From: Neoechinorhynchus agilis
Lineage: Eukaryota; Animalia; Acanthocephala
Direction of reading: 5' to 3'
DNA length: 64,000 nt
Assembly (NCBI GenBank): GCA_051530055.1
Contig: JBMGUZ010000008.1
Location: 9,813-73,812, forward strand
A program made the position numbers and the translations under genes. Below the pieces are notes generated by a model, which saw nothing but the letters and a program-made list of their open reading frames with translations, was not told the DNA's origin and searched no databases. The stretch's first letter is position 1; every line of letters starts with the position of its first letter. This document shows, piece by piece, positions 12,130 to 24,535 of this stretch.

Positions 12130-12960
12130 TTGGCTATCTTCTCCAATTATCTACGTATTTTGAAACCGAAATGTAAAAAATCGACGAAAGCATTGATGTT
12201 TTCTTAAACATAAGATTACGTTTAATTTATAGTTCCAAAGGAAAAATTCAACCTTGTATTCGATAATAAATATTAATATTTCGGAAAGAAATAATGGCTT
12301 TTAACTGGAGGTAATATGAGTCTGAACCGGAGGTTTGAGAATCGGGATTGAGTTAGTTCTAGGGTCCAGAGACGATTTATCATTTCCGGGTGTGGATGGC
12401 ATGTTTGGGTTGTCACAAGATAGTTGGTTGACCTTGTACGGAAACAGGTCACGCTCTTTGTCATTAATTAGATGTGAAATTAACGGGCTGCTGGGAGCTG
12501 GTAAGGGATCCTTGACAATAGTTTGGTTGTATTTTGGGGATATACTCAGTTGAGTTGGAAGTGTTGTGACGGGTGAAACGGGAGGAAAGAGATCGGCAGA
12601 TCGGGAGAAATCTGTGAGATGGCTTCTGTTGTGATGTTCAAATGCATGGTAGAAAGTGATGTTTCGAGGTTGGCGTCGATTGCGGTCGAAAGTGCCCTGT
12701 TGATAACTCCAAAAGGCATTCCAAACAGTATTCGATCTGGTGCCAATTTGATCAGCAGCTTGGCGCAGCAGAACCCACAGATAAAGAACGTGCAAGGCTC
12801 TGGGATGTGCGTTGGGGCGATGAGGGTTGTTATCGAGCACCCTTGGCACGAACAGGTGATCTTCTTAGAGGCTGGGTTACGGGACTTTTTACCTGCCATG
12901 AAGGTGAGCACGGCGATGAAGATTTAATTGTATCGCCAATTGTTTTCGACTTTGGAGGAC
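12130..12960 (-). mobile_element. Probable degenerate LINE 5' fragment (Cys-rich ORF1 plus decayed APE start)
   Basis: The minus strand gives CSCQGC...C..ICGFCC, then a Pro/Ser-rich tail after a frameshift, then FSFGTIN...AFVDFL resembling an APE N-terminus. GC content is higher than in the flanks. Confidence 0.35.
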
Positions 12961-13510
12961 GTTCACGCGAGAGAGGATGGTGACGAGAGAGATGACGTTG
13001 ACTATCCTATTTGATGGAAAATGTTTTGTTTTGTGGTATTGCTTGCAAGTTTTTAAATCTTTCAAAAATACCCCAAAAATACAGATTCAACTTGAGATCT
13101 CATGATGTAAGTTTGTCCGAAATTTACACCCTCGATTTAATAGAAAAATTTCTTGCTAGGATTTCATTAGATTTTTGAAAGGATGCAACGCGGACAAAAA
13201 TTGCGTGGAAACCGTTATCCAATATCTCTTCTCTTTTTAAGCATTTAATTTTATTGAAACCGTTTTGTCGTCATTGAACGAAGGAGAAGATTTGAATTCA
13301 GCCCCCACAGCTGCAATGCAAATATGGACGCTAATTTTGAACCTGCGGAATCGCAAACAATTCCAACAAGCACTACGTCGGTCGCTCAAGTGATTCTTTA
13401 ACAAATAGTTCAAAGGCCTCAATCTTATAATTCTAACTTAAATTATGAACGAAATAGTAGGAAAAGAAGCGCTAAAGACGACGATGATAGTTTCACCAAT
13501 ATGCTAAAAT

Positions 13511-13830
13511 GTTAATTGTGCCAAAAAAATCAATAGTATCAATACTCTCAGTGTGCATTTCGGACCATTGCATCTTAATGGGCGATACAAAAGCAATCGG
13601 GAGAATAGCTATAAAATATTCAATGAAAAGCTATCTTGTGAACGTCATAATATGAATCCAAAAGACGATATCCATGTAGATTCTCCCAAGCTCAGGGCAG
13701 AAATGTAGTATCGAAATATAATTACACCGATGAACAAATCAACATCTAAGGAGGAATTGGATAAGCTTATTGAGATTAAATTGCTTGAGGTTTATCGATT
13801 GTCGAAAAAAGTCCAGGAGATCAAGTGATG
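13511..13830 (+). other. Decayed coding-like segment, possibly LINE ORF1
   Basis: About 105 codons with one in-frame TAG. SKEELDKLIEIKLLEVYRL loosely resembles the ORF1 RRM-like region. Confidence 0.2.
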
Positions 13831-14606
13831 CAAAAGATGAATGTCAAATTCAAGAGTAAAGTAACTATCAAAAAGAAAGTGTCCCTTCCAATGAATAAAA
13901 GTATCAATAAAAATCAATAAGCTGTAGATTCTATTTCTTGATAAAAAAACAGCAATTGACATGTCTTAATGACAACATTTTTCCTTCTGCAATATTAAAA
14001 AGCACATTATAAATATTGATTACGCACTGAACTAATGACGTTCCTTGATCGATTTGGTATTGAGAAATATTATAGTTCTTAATAATCTTTGCAGTTATTT
14101 GCGTGGTGTCGATAAATCTTCTTCTAACTGAGATAATTATTTATGCCTTAAGGTAGTTTGATACAATGAAGTAAATGAAAATCCAACATAAATATTTAAA
14201 ACTAAAATAATAAACGAACCACGAAGCTATGATTTAACTTGCTTGTAAAGCTGGTAGCAAGCACGAAAATGTATCATTCAAAACTTTTTTTCGTTTTTGG
14301 CGTTATTTGAGTTATTCTTGGAATTTCTGAGTTGCCCATAAAATGCACTATCATTCCAAATATTTGTGTCGAGGTACGACTTGCAAATATTTATTTGTTT
14401 GTCCTTATCATCTTTCAACGCTATATATTTTTACTGGCTTTGTAGCAAGCATCGCCACCATAATATAATGCCCGAGAGTTTATAAACGTTTACGCCACCG
14501 TTCTGGATAACTTAGCTGCCGTCCTGGCGCAATGGTCGAATGAACGAATCACAATTGCTTCTGCACTGGATATTCTTCGCTGCCATCAGATGATTGGTCG
14601 ATTTCT

Positions 14607-15210
14607 CTATTTGCACCGCTGCTGAAAAGTTCTCCAATCATAATCGCGGCATTTCTTAGTATCGTGGGACCAATCGGTATGTTTATCGTCTTCCTCCTTT
14701 TGTTTCATTAGTCTTATCCACGAAATATGTGTCCGTTCGTAGCTTCTGGGAGTAGATAAAGCGTCTGGTGGCTTCAACTCAGTAACTTCAATATATTTTC
14801 CGTCGTATTTCTCGGACGAAGAGAGCATTTTTCCCAACTGTCTTCGAATCTTATATTTTGGTCGATTTTGTTTTTATATACTCGTACTGACCGCATTTTT
14901 CCTTCTATAGTTCCATCGGAATAGTTGCCAGTCTTTTGAACTGCAATCGATAGCGGTTGAAGTTTCAGCGATAACAACGTAATCGATATAACTTGATGGT
15001 ATGGTTCGATGTGTTTGGTCATCACAATTATCCATTCCTGACCAGTCATTACTGGAATCGCTATGCAAATCTTCTAATGAGTTTTCATCTGCAATGTCTT
15101 CTTGGTCGTCGTCTAAAAATATTATATTAATTTTTATTTAAAGCATATTTTAAACTTACCTGTTGTATTTGGAATTGGTTTTCTTGCACAATCTATGAAT
15201 TCGGCTTTTT
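14607..15210 (-). pseudogene. Unidentified spliced gene fragment with an acidic region
   Basis: A 47-nt intron at 15113-15159 (GTAAGT...TTTTTAG on the minus strand) joins KAEFIDCARKPIPNTT in frame to DDDQEDIADENSLEDL.... ORFs 14874-15068 and 14607-14837 are in one frame separated by a single TAA. Confidence 0.4.
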
Positions 15211-15536
15211 AATTGTAATAGTACGACTTTTATCACACACACGAATGATATAGTCAAAATACATTTCGAGATTTATCTTTGAATTTAATATTAGATTGTG
15301 AATATATTCTCAATTGATGCTTAATTCCAATCACTATTTCAAGTCCGCTAAAAAATCTGATGATCGCACAATTCTCGGCTCGATCGGTTATGAGAGATTC
15401 ATGTTGACTAAGTGAATACATCGTTTCCGTGTGGAAGTATTAGAAAACGAGGAATATTACAGGTTTGATTGTTTACCAAGAAGAAGATTTACAATTTTTC
15501 GGGAATTTCAAAATCGCTCTAATCTAGCTTTTAAAT

Positions 15537-16040
15537 GCGACAGCGAAGTCCGATAATTCATATCGGTTAATGCTAGTTAAAAACGAGTGTAGTTTTAAAG
15601 AGAATCGGCTGGCTTCCTTTGTTTACATACGTTTGTGACGAACCGTGGCACTACAGATCATCTTCCTCAGACTTTGCTTGATGGGGAGATTGTGGAGGAT
15701 GTCGTGGGTGGTACACAGATTCCTAGATTCCTTAAATTTGACATCCTGGCATTCAACGGGCATTCTGCCTCTAAGGAACTGAATTATGACAAACAATTGG
15801 AACTCAGTTGGAGGGAGATTATGGAGCCTCGTTGTCGTGCTATTATCGAACACAAAACTATAGACCGAAATCGAGAGTCTTTTCGGATTCAAAAGAAGGA
15901 TTTTTTACGACCTCAGTTTCTCTAAACAAATTTTGAATGAAATGTTCCAAAATGACCTCCCCCTTCAAGCAGACGGTCTTATATTTCAGCCCGTTGATAT
16001 GCCGTATATTTTTGGTACCTTTGACAAGCTGCTAAAATAA
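15537..16040 (+). pseudogene. RNGTT: mRNA capping enzyme guanylyltransferase-domain pseudogene
   Basis: Decayed motif I (KSDNSYRLMLV at 15546, cf. KADGTRYMMLI), motif III TLLDGE, PRFLKFDILAFNG, REIMEPR and KKDF. After a frameshift in the T-run at ~15901 come motif IV ADGLIFQP and PY..G...LLK, with TAA at 16038-16040 where motif V Trp is expected. Confidence 0.88.
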
Positions 16041-17601
16041 AGCATTAATTGGTAAATTTTAATTGTGTCTGGGTTTTAAATTTTCTTTTGCTGGTAGTAG
16101 TCCCAAAAGTTCATCGTGAAACGATCGTTCTTCTTAAATTAATAAAACGTGTTTATATTTATATAAGCAAGTCAATCGAATTGCCTTTGTGATTATGATT
16201 GAAAATATGCGTTTTTAAAGGCGCTAAGAGATAAACAAATGGCGAAGTAAAGGATAAAATATTATTATTTTTGATTGCACTAAGGATCAAGAATTCGACA
16301 AAATGTATGAGCGCGAATTTTTTAGTTAAAAGTTCTTTTTACAAATAGTTCATTAATTCTGACATTCATAAGTTTCCATTTTGGTTGGAGTAGTGATCAC
16401 AAGGGGCAAAAGAGGTGAGTGAAGGTTTTTGTAAATTACGCCATTCAGCCAGCAATTTAATTCAAAATATCCATAAAGTAGTAAGAAATCCGATGTTTTT
16501 CAATATTAGTGATAACCATAAGACTCTTAATGATGATCATGGAATCTAGTAACCATGAAGGGGTTACGAAAAAGTGTTCATGGCATGGACATCCTGTTAT
16601 TTAGGACTATTTCACACGAGTTAGCCGTTGATATATAAAGACAATCTCTTACTTATCTATAAAAGAAGTACCATTATTAAATCTTTTCTACAGAGAGAAG
16701 GTTCTTTCAAAATGATATAAACTACCTCGGTAATTGATTCAATTTGTTATTTAGGTCTTCACCAGATAGAGAATATTTTATTGCGGACGTTTCGTACCTC
16801 TTCGGTTTCATCATCAGTTCCACAAACAAGGGGTACATTGGTTGTTCTTGTTAAACGCAACATTCGACGCTGCTGCCCTTCTCTGCATCTTGGTCCGCGT
16901 GTGTTCAGCCAATCTCGTCTTAAAATTCCGACTTGTCTGACCGATGAATTTGCGCCCTCTTTTCTGTCTCCTTGTATTTTCGGGAAATTAGATTTTCTAT
17001 CCTCATGAAGGGTCGAAAGTAAAATTCGCATTTTAATTTCATACCGCTGCTAGTGATTGTCTTCGAGATTTTGTGTCGATAAATGTTGGTCTGTGAACAA
17101 CTTTCCGTCAATCCAATTCGCATTTCTGTTCGATTCGGAATCACAGTCGTTTCGCTTCGACTGGTTTATCTCCCGTGGCCTTTCTTAGATATCCCAACTT
17201 GCTAAAAATTCGCTCCTACCGCTAGAGTTCGTATCTGAGGCATTTCACACTGCAGAGGCTGAAGGTTGGACGCACAATGCCACTGAGGATGCCCTTTTTT
17301 GTTCTTGTTATGGGCACTAACCCAAAGTGAATAATTGTTCATTTCCGTGGACTTTTTATAAACTGAAGTGATCATTGGTGTACCCAGAAATGGTAATCCC
17401 CTATTCAGGTCAGGCCTAGTTCAAAAATAACGATTGAAAGTCTCGAAGAAGTTTGCGATTGCGGACTGGTTGCTGAGCAATGAGAAGCACAAATGAAAGT
17501 ATCACAAAGTTCGATTGGTCGAAATAATTTCTTGGATAATGAGGTGGGATAATTTCGTCTATTTGAAATTAGAATCTTTTATTAACCAAAATTGATTTAG
17601 T

Positions 17602-17925
17602 GACGGCAATGATGCACCAGAGGATGTGCGCCAGGAATGCGAATTCTGCAAACGAGTATTTCTTAAATCGTCTTTGGTTATTCACAGTGGGCCATGTAGT
17701 CGCAGAATGGAGCGAGCGCGGGAGCAATTTAAATCTAGCAAACAAAGGAATATTTTGGTTGGAAAGGGTGTATTAAGTTCCTTTGATCGAAGGCCAACAA
17801 ATGTTCGCTTGGACGCTCCAGATTGGAGAAGTTCTAGAATGGATTTTATGAAATTTATTTTGGAGAAGAAGGCTTCTGTAAGGAGCGTTCCGTTGAACGA
17901 AGAAAACGAAAGCGCTACGAAATAG
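17602..17925 (+). CDS. Exon of a ZC2HC1/FAM164-like C2HC zinc-finger protein (fragment)
   Basis: CEFCKRVFLKSSLVIHSGPC (CX2CX11HX3C), then FKSSKQR and DWRSSRMDFMKFI, matching the family's F.S.KQR and W...H.DF motifs. TTTAG acceptor at 17596-17600. Confidence 0.7.
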   Translation, partial: DGNDAPEDVRQECEFCKRVFLKSSLVIHSGPCSRRMERAREQFKSSKQRNILVGKGVLSSFDRRPTNVRLDAPDWRSSRMDFMKFILEKKASVRSVPLNEENESATK

Positions 17926-18271
17926 ATTTTCGATTTTGTTTTAATTGTTAGTCAGGAAATTAAACTATATTCTAGTGTTTGTTTGTGACAATTGGACAAA
18001 GGAATGCGAACACTTCCATGATTTTATCGACGCTTAGTAAAAGCGGTCGTTTTAGGCTTTTCCAGAAATCCTAAAAATTTGTTCTCAACAAGCAGATTAG
18101 CGAGTGTCCCGTATGTTAGCTACTTTTTTTATAAAAAGTGCGATTTCTGGTCTTCAATATTCTAAATTAAATGTTTCTTTTGCTCTGAGTTGTGCCATAT
18201 TGATCAATAAAATAGTCAGCGGAACTAAATTAATACGTGTTACAATTTCGAGCAGCTTTAATGTTTATATA

Positions 18272-18320
18272 CTCAAAGGCTGCCAAGTGTCCCATCCTTC
18301 CACATTTGAAACACTTTGTA
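18272..18320 (-). mobile_element. Isolated gag-type zinc-knuckle remnant
   Basis: The minus strand reads TKCFKCGRMGHLAAF (last Cys lost). Surrounding frames are broken. Confidence 0.4.
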
Positions 18321-18770
18321 TTTTGGCCCAGCAGATATTTCCAGTAACATGCTGTCTTGCGCAGCGTTTTCATTTTCTTTTAAATCCCAATTTGCTTTAT
18401 CATCATCTCCATTAATTCTTGCTGTTTCTCCATGAGACATAGCAGCAGCGTTAAATACAGCCTCGTGGATCTTACCCTCGTCGACGATTCATAGTTGAAA
18501 AAACTTGCAAGCAATAGACCGAAGAAGGCCTACGCCAATGTCGGAAATTATCAAATAAATCAATTATTATAATTTGCTATAAAAAGTAAATGATGAACAT
18601 CTTTACTATAAGTTATGTCTTCTGATGGTTGAATGTTAACACTTTTAATTTGCCAAACAACGACCCCTCCCTGCACAAGGCCGAAACTTGCCATTTAAGG
18701 TCTAACATAAAGATTGGAACATGACCAGCATTCTTTACTCGGCTATTCATCGGCATCTTATTTGTCTGCG

Positions 18771-20940
18771 TTTTTTTATTTATTTATTTCACATGCATAC
18801 TGTTGTACTGGTATACAGATAAAATTAATTGCTTGAGAGTTCGACTCTATTGAGTCCCAAATGAAAAATAGGAGACTAAAGGATAGTAGGAGCTGAGTTT
18901 GAGCGATCTCTAAGCTCCTCAATACCCATACTCTCCCTCTTTTACTAAAAATTACTTTTGAGAATCAAACATACATTTATTTTTGTCTTTTTCAGTCATT
19001 TTGCAAAATCAGACTAATAAATTATTAAAAATATCACCCCCTAAAATTGTTTTCCTTACTAAGTGTGGAATCTCTAAAAGAGGTATTCTGTGAGCATGAA
19101 ATCAGAAACAAGTTGCTGTAGTCCAATATATATTTCAAAAGCGGACTACTAGAGCGGAAAAAATAAACCTTAGAAAAATTCTATAAAGTGCTGAGAGGAA
19201 AGTAGAGCTAAAATTAAATTGTCGACAAATCGTTTGTAATTTATTTCTGCATTTATTAAAAAAGAACATTCTAAGTTCTAGGGGACGTCCTCGTGCAAAA
19301 AAGCAAATCAATCCGCTAATAAATGTTAATAATACGTTGTACATGACTGCGGGGTCCAATTGAAACTTGAGATGTTTTTTAGAATTCGTCTGATAGAGTG
19401 AAAGTATTTTGGAATAGAATTTCTCTTCAACAAATCACTCATTAATTTATGTTCAATTTCTCGTTCAAGGACCGAGATTGTAGGGTTTTGTATTGTAATA
19501 ATTCAAATATGGGAGGCATTAGTGATTTTAGTTTCGTTTTTCGAGATGAAGATATTCTTTACAACATGTAGTTCTATTAATTCATCAATGTTGATTTTGC
19601 CATTAAAGTGTTTTAAAAATAGCAATTTGTTCTTTTCATTCACACTAAGTGAATAATATAAAAAGTGAAACTGCATAATTATTATTTGCAAGGGATGAAT
19701 TATATTTCCAAGCCTTTAGTAACTCTTCTTCACTCAAATTCCAACTAAAATTTTTGTTGCTGAGGTGATTCCTACTCTCCGGGCAATAAAGATATTGATT
19801 TATTGCGATATTTTGCTAGGGGGAATTGGAGGTTTAATAAATGCATTAAAGGTATGAGCGTTAAGAATAGATTTAACGACCAAAGGATAAGATACCGAGC
19901 CAACCCAATTTGCAGCTTTAGCTTTCCAGCTGATGGATTTCTTTTTTAAAATAATGTTCCAGCCGGGTTTAGAGTAGGCTTCACATAAAAAAGAGCTTTC
20001 TTGTCCATTTCCCATTCCTCGTTATATAATATAATGTAAAATTGCCACATATAATATTTGTACATTTCTGTCATGTTACAAAGATTTGCGATTGGAGCTT
20101 AATTGTAGATCAAATTAGCATTTTTAGAATTGAATTCTATACGTATAAAAGCTTTCTTTACCAAGCATGAGTTAGCAGAGTCTAAGATAATTTTAATAGG
20201 GTAATTTGTTCATTAAATTTTCTAAGAGAGAAATCAGATAAATCAATACAACCGTGTCCCATTAATTGTTGAGACTGGATTTGTAGAGTGGGGTAGAAAG
20301 TCAATTGAATAGAAATTTCTCAATGAATAAACAATCTAAAAAATAATGGGAATCTTTCCGGTAATTGTGAAAAGACGGAAATTTCGGTAATACCGGATTA
20401 TGAAATTGGAATAGTTTAAAAAATGCGGTTAAAAAATTTGAGTTAATATCTCCTCCAACCACGACTTGATTCCATACCTGAATCTTATTGGCGTATGATT
20501 TTAAAAATAAAGAGATTTTTTGAGGTGCAACATAAAAATTCGCAATGATCAAGTGCATTCCTAGAGAAAGAAAGTGTGAATAAAAGGGATTGATCATCGA
20601 TAGAACTTGATAGGCAAAATCACCGTTCTCTTTTTGTATGAGAAGTTTCGGTTTCCATTTTCTTAAGATAACATTGTAAGCCTCCAGAGAAGCCGATTAC
20701 AGATTTCCCTGTATGTTGAGATGGAGTTAGAAAGCATCGTGAGAATCTCCGGAGATCAACAATCTCGTACCAATCTCTTGTAAAAAATAGTTCCGAGATT
20801 TTAAGAACAGTGTGAGAGGGTAGCGTGAAAGCATTTGATAAGTTGTAATTAGCTATAGAGACGTTCTTCGTATAACTACGTGAACCCTCCATTTCTTTTT
20901 TCCGTGAATTCCGTGGAGATCGCTTGACGGTCATCACCAA
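18771..20940 (-). mobile_element. Degenerate APE-type LINE ORF2 fragment with a (TAAA)n tail
   Basis: APE motifs VSIANYN, GGLQCYLK, IIANFYVAP, VVGGDINS, PSF...LDCLFI and GH.CI. Post-RT-like LSALYRIFLR near 19200. A/TAAA tail on the minus strand at 18771-18789. Confidence 0.7.
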
Positions 20941-20981
20941 TTTTATGTGTTTGGCTAACCTCCTAAACTTTCATTGGTCAG

Positions 20982-21815
20982 GAGGACGATCGACTCTATT
21001 AATGATGAGCGTCAACCAAAAGATTTCAACACCTCCATCTTTATGCTCGCCGATCTTCAGGCGTATTTGTTCTCTAAATTAATTCAGGCTCAGTATAGTA
21101 ATCTTTCAGTTAAGGTTTCGTCGGATGAGTACTACTTAGTAACGACTTCGAATGTTAAATGTGATTGGGCTAAGCTGTCTTCATTTTCATTAAATCCTAA
21201 ATCGGAATTTGCAGTGCCATTTTTTGGATGTCATCGGGGACTGGTTATCTTGTCGTCTACCTTCAGTGAGAAAGTTCGTTGATGACTTGGATGAACTAGA
21301 CTTGATTAATCCGTCGTTTTGTTTACAACAGCGAATATTCCACCAGAAGTAGCATGGCTAAGATACTCTGAATTCATGTCTAAACTTTCTTCGGCTAAAA
21401 TGATACAACGAACAAGTCTTGAAGCTCGAACTGAAATGATCAGTCATTTTGAGAAGCTTTGCGTTTCTTATCAATTCATATTTGCGATAATTAAAACCTT
21501 CGCTGACTCGCAGATTCTTTATTATTTGCTTCAAATCCGAAATTTAAATTCTGTGAGGATGGTAATTTCGGCATTTGGTTGCCCGTCGGTATTTAGACTG
21601 CGAGCAACGTGGAAAACATTTAAGGGTGTTAATCGGAATAAATACAGGTAAGTGAAAATTACACCAGGGCGTTAGTTTGATTCGTTCATTGAAGGCTGCA
21701 GGGGAACACACAGATAACTTTTAATGTCAAAAAGGATTGGCAGAATTGTAAGAACGTTCTAACACGGATGATTCTTTATATTTCAGGACGGTGTCATATT
21801 CATTCGGAGATCTAA
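20982..21815 (+). CDS. Three-exon ORF (~240 aa) resembling the C-terminal half of telomerase reverse transcriptase (motifs C, D, E and thumb/CTE), with a degenerate catalytic motif
   Basis: Exons 20982-21265, 21332-21647 and 21695-21815 splice in frame through a 66-nt (GTGAGA...ACAG) and a 47-nt (GTAAGT...TGAAG) intron, and the first intron removes four in-frame stops. Peptides SDEYYLVTTS, FSLNPKS, VPFFG, RT...CVSYQFIFAII and WKTF.GV occur in TERT order. Confidence 0.5.
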
Positions 21816-22967
21816 TAGAATTCGAGTTGTGCTATATAAATATACTATTCGATAGCTGCTAAATATACGTAGAGCTGCTTTATTTCTAGGATAAAAAAGA
21901 TTGAAAACGCACTTGTAGACAAAGGTTGAATTTTGATACAAATTCATTTAACCTTCATTTTGCACTATGCATCGAAGTCAATAAGAAGCATCTTGTTGTC
22001 AAAATTCAGACAAGAAATAAAACGAACAAGAAACAGTGATATGTTCAAAGATAAATCAAATTTGAAAAAAATGTTAGATGAGCGCTCAATTCTCTTGAAG
22101 TACGTATTGGAGTTCCGGACGTGAGCCCAGTTTTGTATCATTAATTTTAAGGACAATGGCACGTTCATTTCTATTTACGATCCTTGTGTTTGCAATGCTG
22201 CAGTGCACCGTATATTTCAATGAAAAACTATTGTAATGGAAAATAAATGCTGAGATATTTACCTAATATCTCTATTTTCTCACCTAGTTTGTTCTCGTAA
22301 ATAGGATATTAGCTTCTCTCGAAAATACGACCGTTTGGGTAAAGCTAGAACTGACGAGGTTCACGATCTTCTTCCAAGAACGTGGTTATCGATTATTTAT
22401 GTAGTGCTGCTATTTGAACGGATTTTTCACTGTTAACATATAATTATTTGCGGGAAAGTAATTGGTGCACCATCGCGAAAAACCAATAAACATTTATTAT
22501 TTTCCAATCGGAACACCAGAATTAAATGCTGGAAATGTCAGAAATGAAGGCAAAAACTTTAAGAGATTTTTAAGATGTCGATGGATTCTCTTCTGGCAGC
22601 CCTTTATCTTGCAAAGAGACGAAATGTATTTGTGAAATAGGTCGCTACATTGATTGCATTTTATGGGGACTTTCATTATTACATTTTAACAAAATGTAAT
22701 TTAAATCATATTTTTGCATTTGAGTTCACTATTGTAATTTTGCGCCCGGTACACATTTTGAACAAATATAAATCTACTTTAGGCGTAATTGAGTAAATAT
22801 AATCAATAAACGAAGACGACATTATGTTTGTATAAAACGTTAGATCATTCACACCACCGTGGTTCAATTATCCATTATTTATCAAAAAAATGGCCGAATG
22901 AGCGCTGTTTCGTCGATGCAAAATTGCGCTCCTTTCATCTAACAGATCAACTTTAATTCGGACATGT

Positions 22968-24400
22968 ACAGTTTAAGGTTTGTACCTACTATCCCCTCCC
23001 TGAGTGATTGTGAGGTTTTCAGTGATTGTGCACAAGTTTCCCAAGGGGATCAAATGTAACATTCTATTGACGCATCAAAGTTTAAGCGTCCGGTTAGAAA
23101 AGAAGACTTTGTTATTAAAATTCCCAAAGAAGCCATGAGTACTAAATCCCCCTCGCATTTTTCGCGTAATTACTACGAGAAGTACCTACAGCCTAGTGGT
23201 CGAGAGAAGTCGATGAATTTTCTGATTAAGAGGTTCTCGGTGACTAAATTCCACATTCTATTTGTCTTCTTCGACGTGGCAGGCAAAGACCTCTTTTCTA
23301 AGATGTTGGGGGAGTTAAGCATACAGTCTATTGGCCTTTCCCGTAGAGTCACCTTTCTTATGAAGAATCCTCCTCAAGACTTGGATTCTGCTGACTCGCA
23401 AAATTGAGGATGAGTTAGAAATTAAACTGGTCAAATATTTATTTAGACCAAATGCCACTTCCGCCTACGCCATCCTATGTTCAGCCACTATCAATGTCGC
23501 CGAGAGTTTGGCTAACTCCGGCAGGGGCTTCTTTTCATACTGGGTCACTTTCGACCGATATAAGGACTTTCTCTATGACTATAATTTGATAATCTGTCAG
23601 AAGTGTTCTAGATGGGGGCACCACGAATCGGACTGTGTATTTCCCTCCAGATGCATCTTTTGTGCACGTCCTCACCACAAATCATCCTGCTCTCACTCCG
23701 ATTCTGCCAATTGTGGCAAGAGTCATCCGGCCTTTGCGCGTTCTTGCAAGTTCGCGCAAAAATACTTTGACGATTCCTTATCATCGAAGCCGCGGGTCTA
23801 CTATAATAAAAATAATAGAGAAATCTATCCTCACAAAACTCCTCTCTCTCCGGACGGCTTTTCCTCAAAGGAGTTGAAGACTCAATCTTCCTATAATGGT
23901 CACAACTCTAAGCTTCCCCCTAAACCTCCGGAAAAATCTTTTTTGATAGTTTAGTATCTTCCCGCTCGACTTCTCCACTTGGTACCGGTAAAGAAGTCTC
24001 TTTTCTTAAGGACATCCCCACTTGGATTCTTTACAAACTTGATAATTGTTCTGTATCGGACTCTTCCTCTAACACATCATCTATATTACCTAACCTAAAC
24101 TCTCTAAAAAATGGATTGATTGTGAACATTCTAAAAGGAATATTTCCCCATCTTCACGTAACTTGGAATCTATTGATTCCAAACGTCCTAAATTTACTTA
24201 ATGACTTGTGCCAATTCTAAAGGACTTTCCTTTCTCTTTCATCACATATAATGCCTCTAGGGCTTCGCGTCTTCCCGTTTTTCTTACTCCTTGTATATTT
24301 GATAATTATGTTAACATGTTATGTTTTCAAGAAACCGGCTTATCTAAATTGTTTCTTTTCGATAATTATGATTCTTATATTCTTCTCCCTTACCCGAGCG
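22968..24400 (+). mobile_element. LINE (I/Jockey-like) 5' fragment: ORF1 with three zinc knuckles plus the start of APE
   Basis: CQKCSRWGHHESDC, CIFCARPHHKSSC and ANCGKSHPAFARSC. Downstream FITYNAS and LCFQETGL (APE N-terminus). Cut off at ~24400. Confidence 0.8.
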
Positions 24401-24535
24401 TTTCGACGCCAAAGGGAACAAAATAATGATTTCGACTCAGGTCCCGGTACTTTGTCCTTTTGCCTTCCTCCGTGGCGGTTGCTGTTTAATGGTAGCGAAT
24501 TTAATGTTGCTGGCTGCGAATGGCGCCAACTTCTA
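24390..24535 (-). mobile_element. CRE RLE-domain C-terminal fragment
   Basis: EEGKRTKYRDLSRNHYFVPFGVETLG on the minus strand; near-duplicate DNA of ~25000-25120. Confidence 0.75.

Noticed and set aside
16759-17144. Minus-strand frame of ~130 codons with one TAG
   Set aside because: No recognisable motif or splice support; cannot be assigned.
22525-22560. KCWKCQK zinc-knuckle-like peptide
   Set aside because: It is immediately interrupted by a stop or frameshift, lacks the His/Cys, and has no supporting context.
22847-22860. 14-bp match (cattcacaccaccg) to 24856-24869
   Set aside because: A few matches of this length are expected by chance in ~27 kb of unique sequence, and it does not extend.
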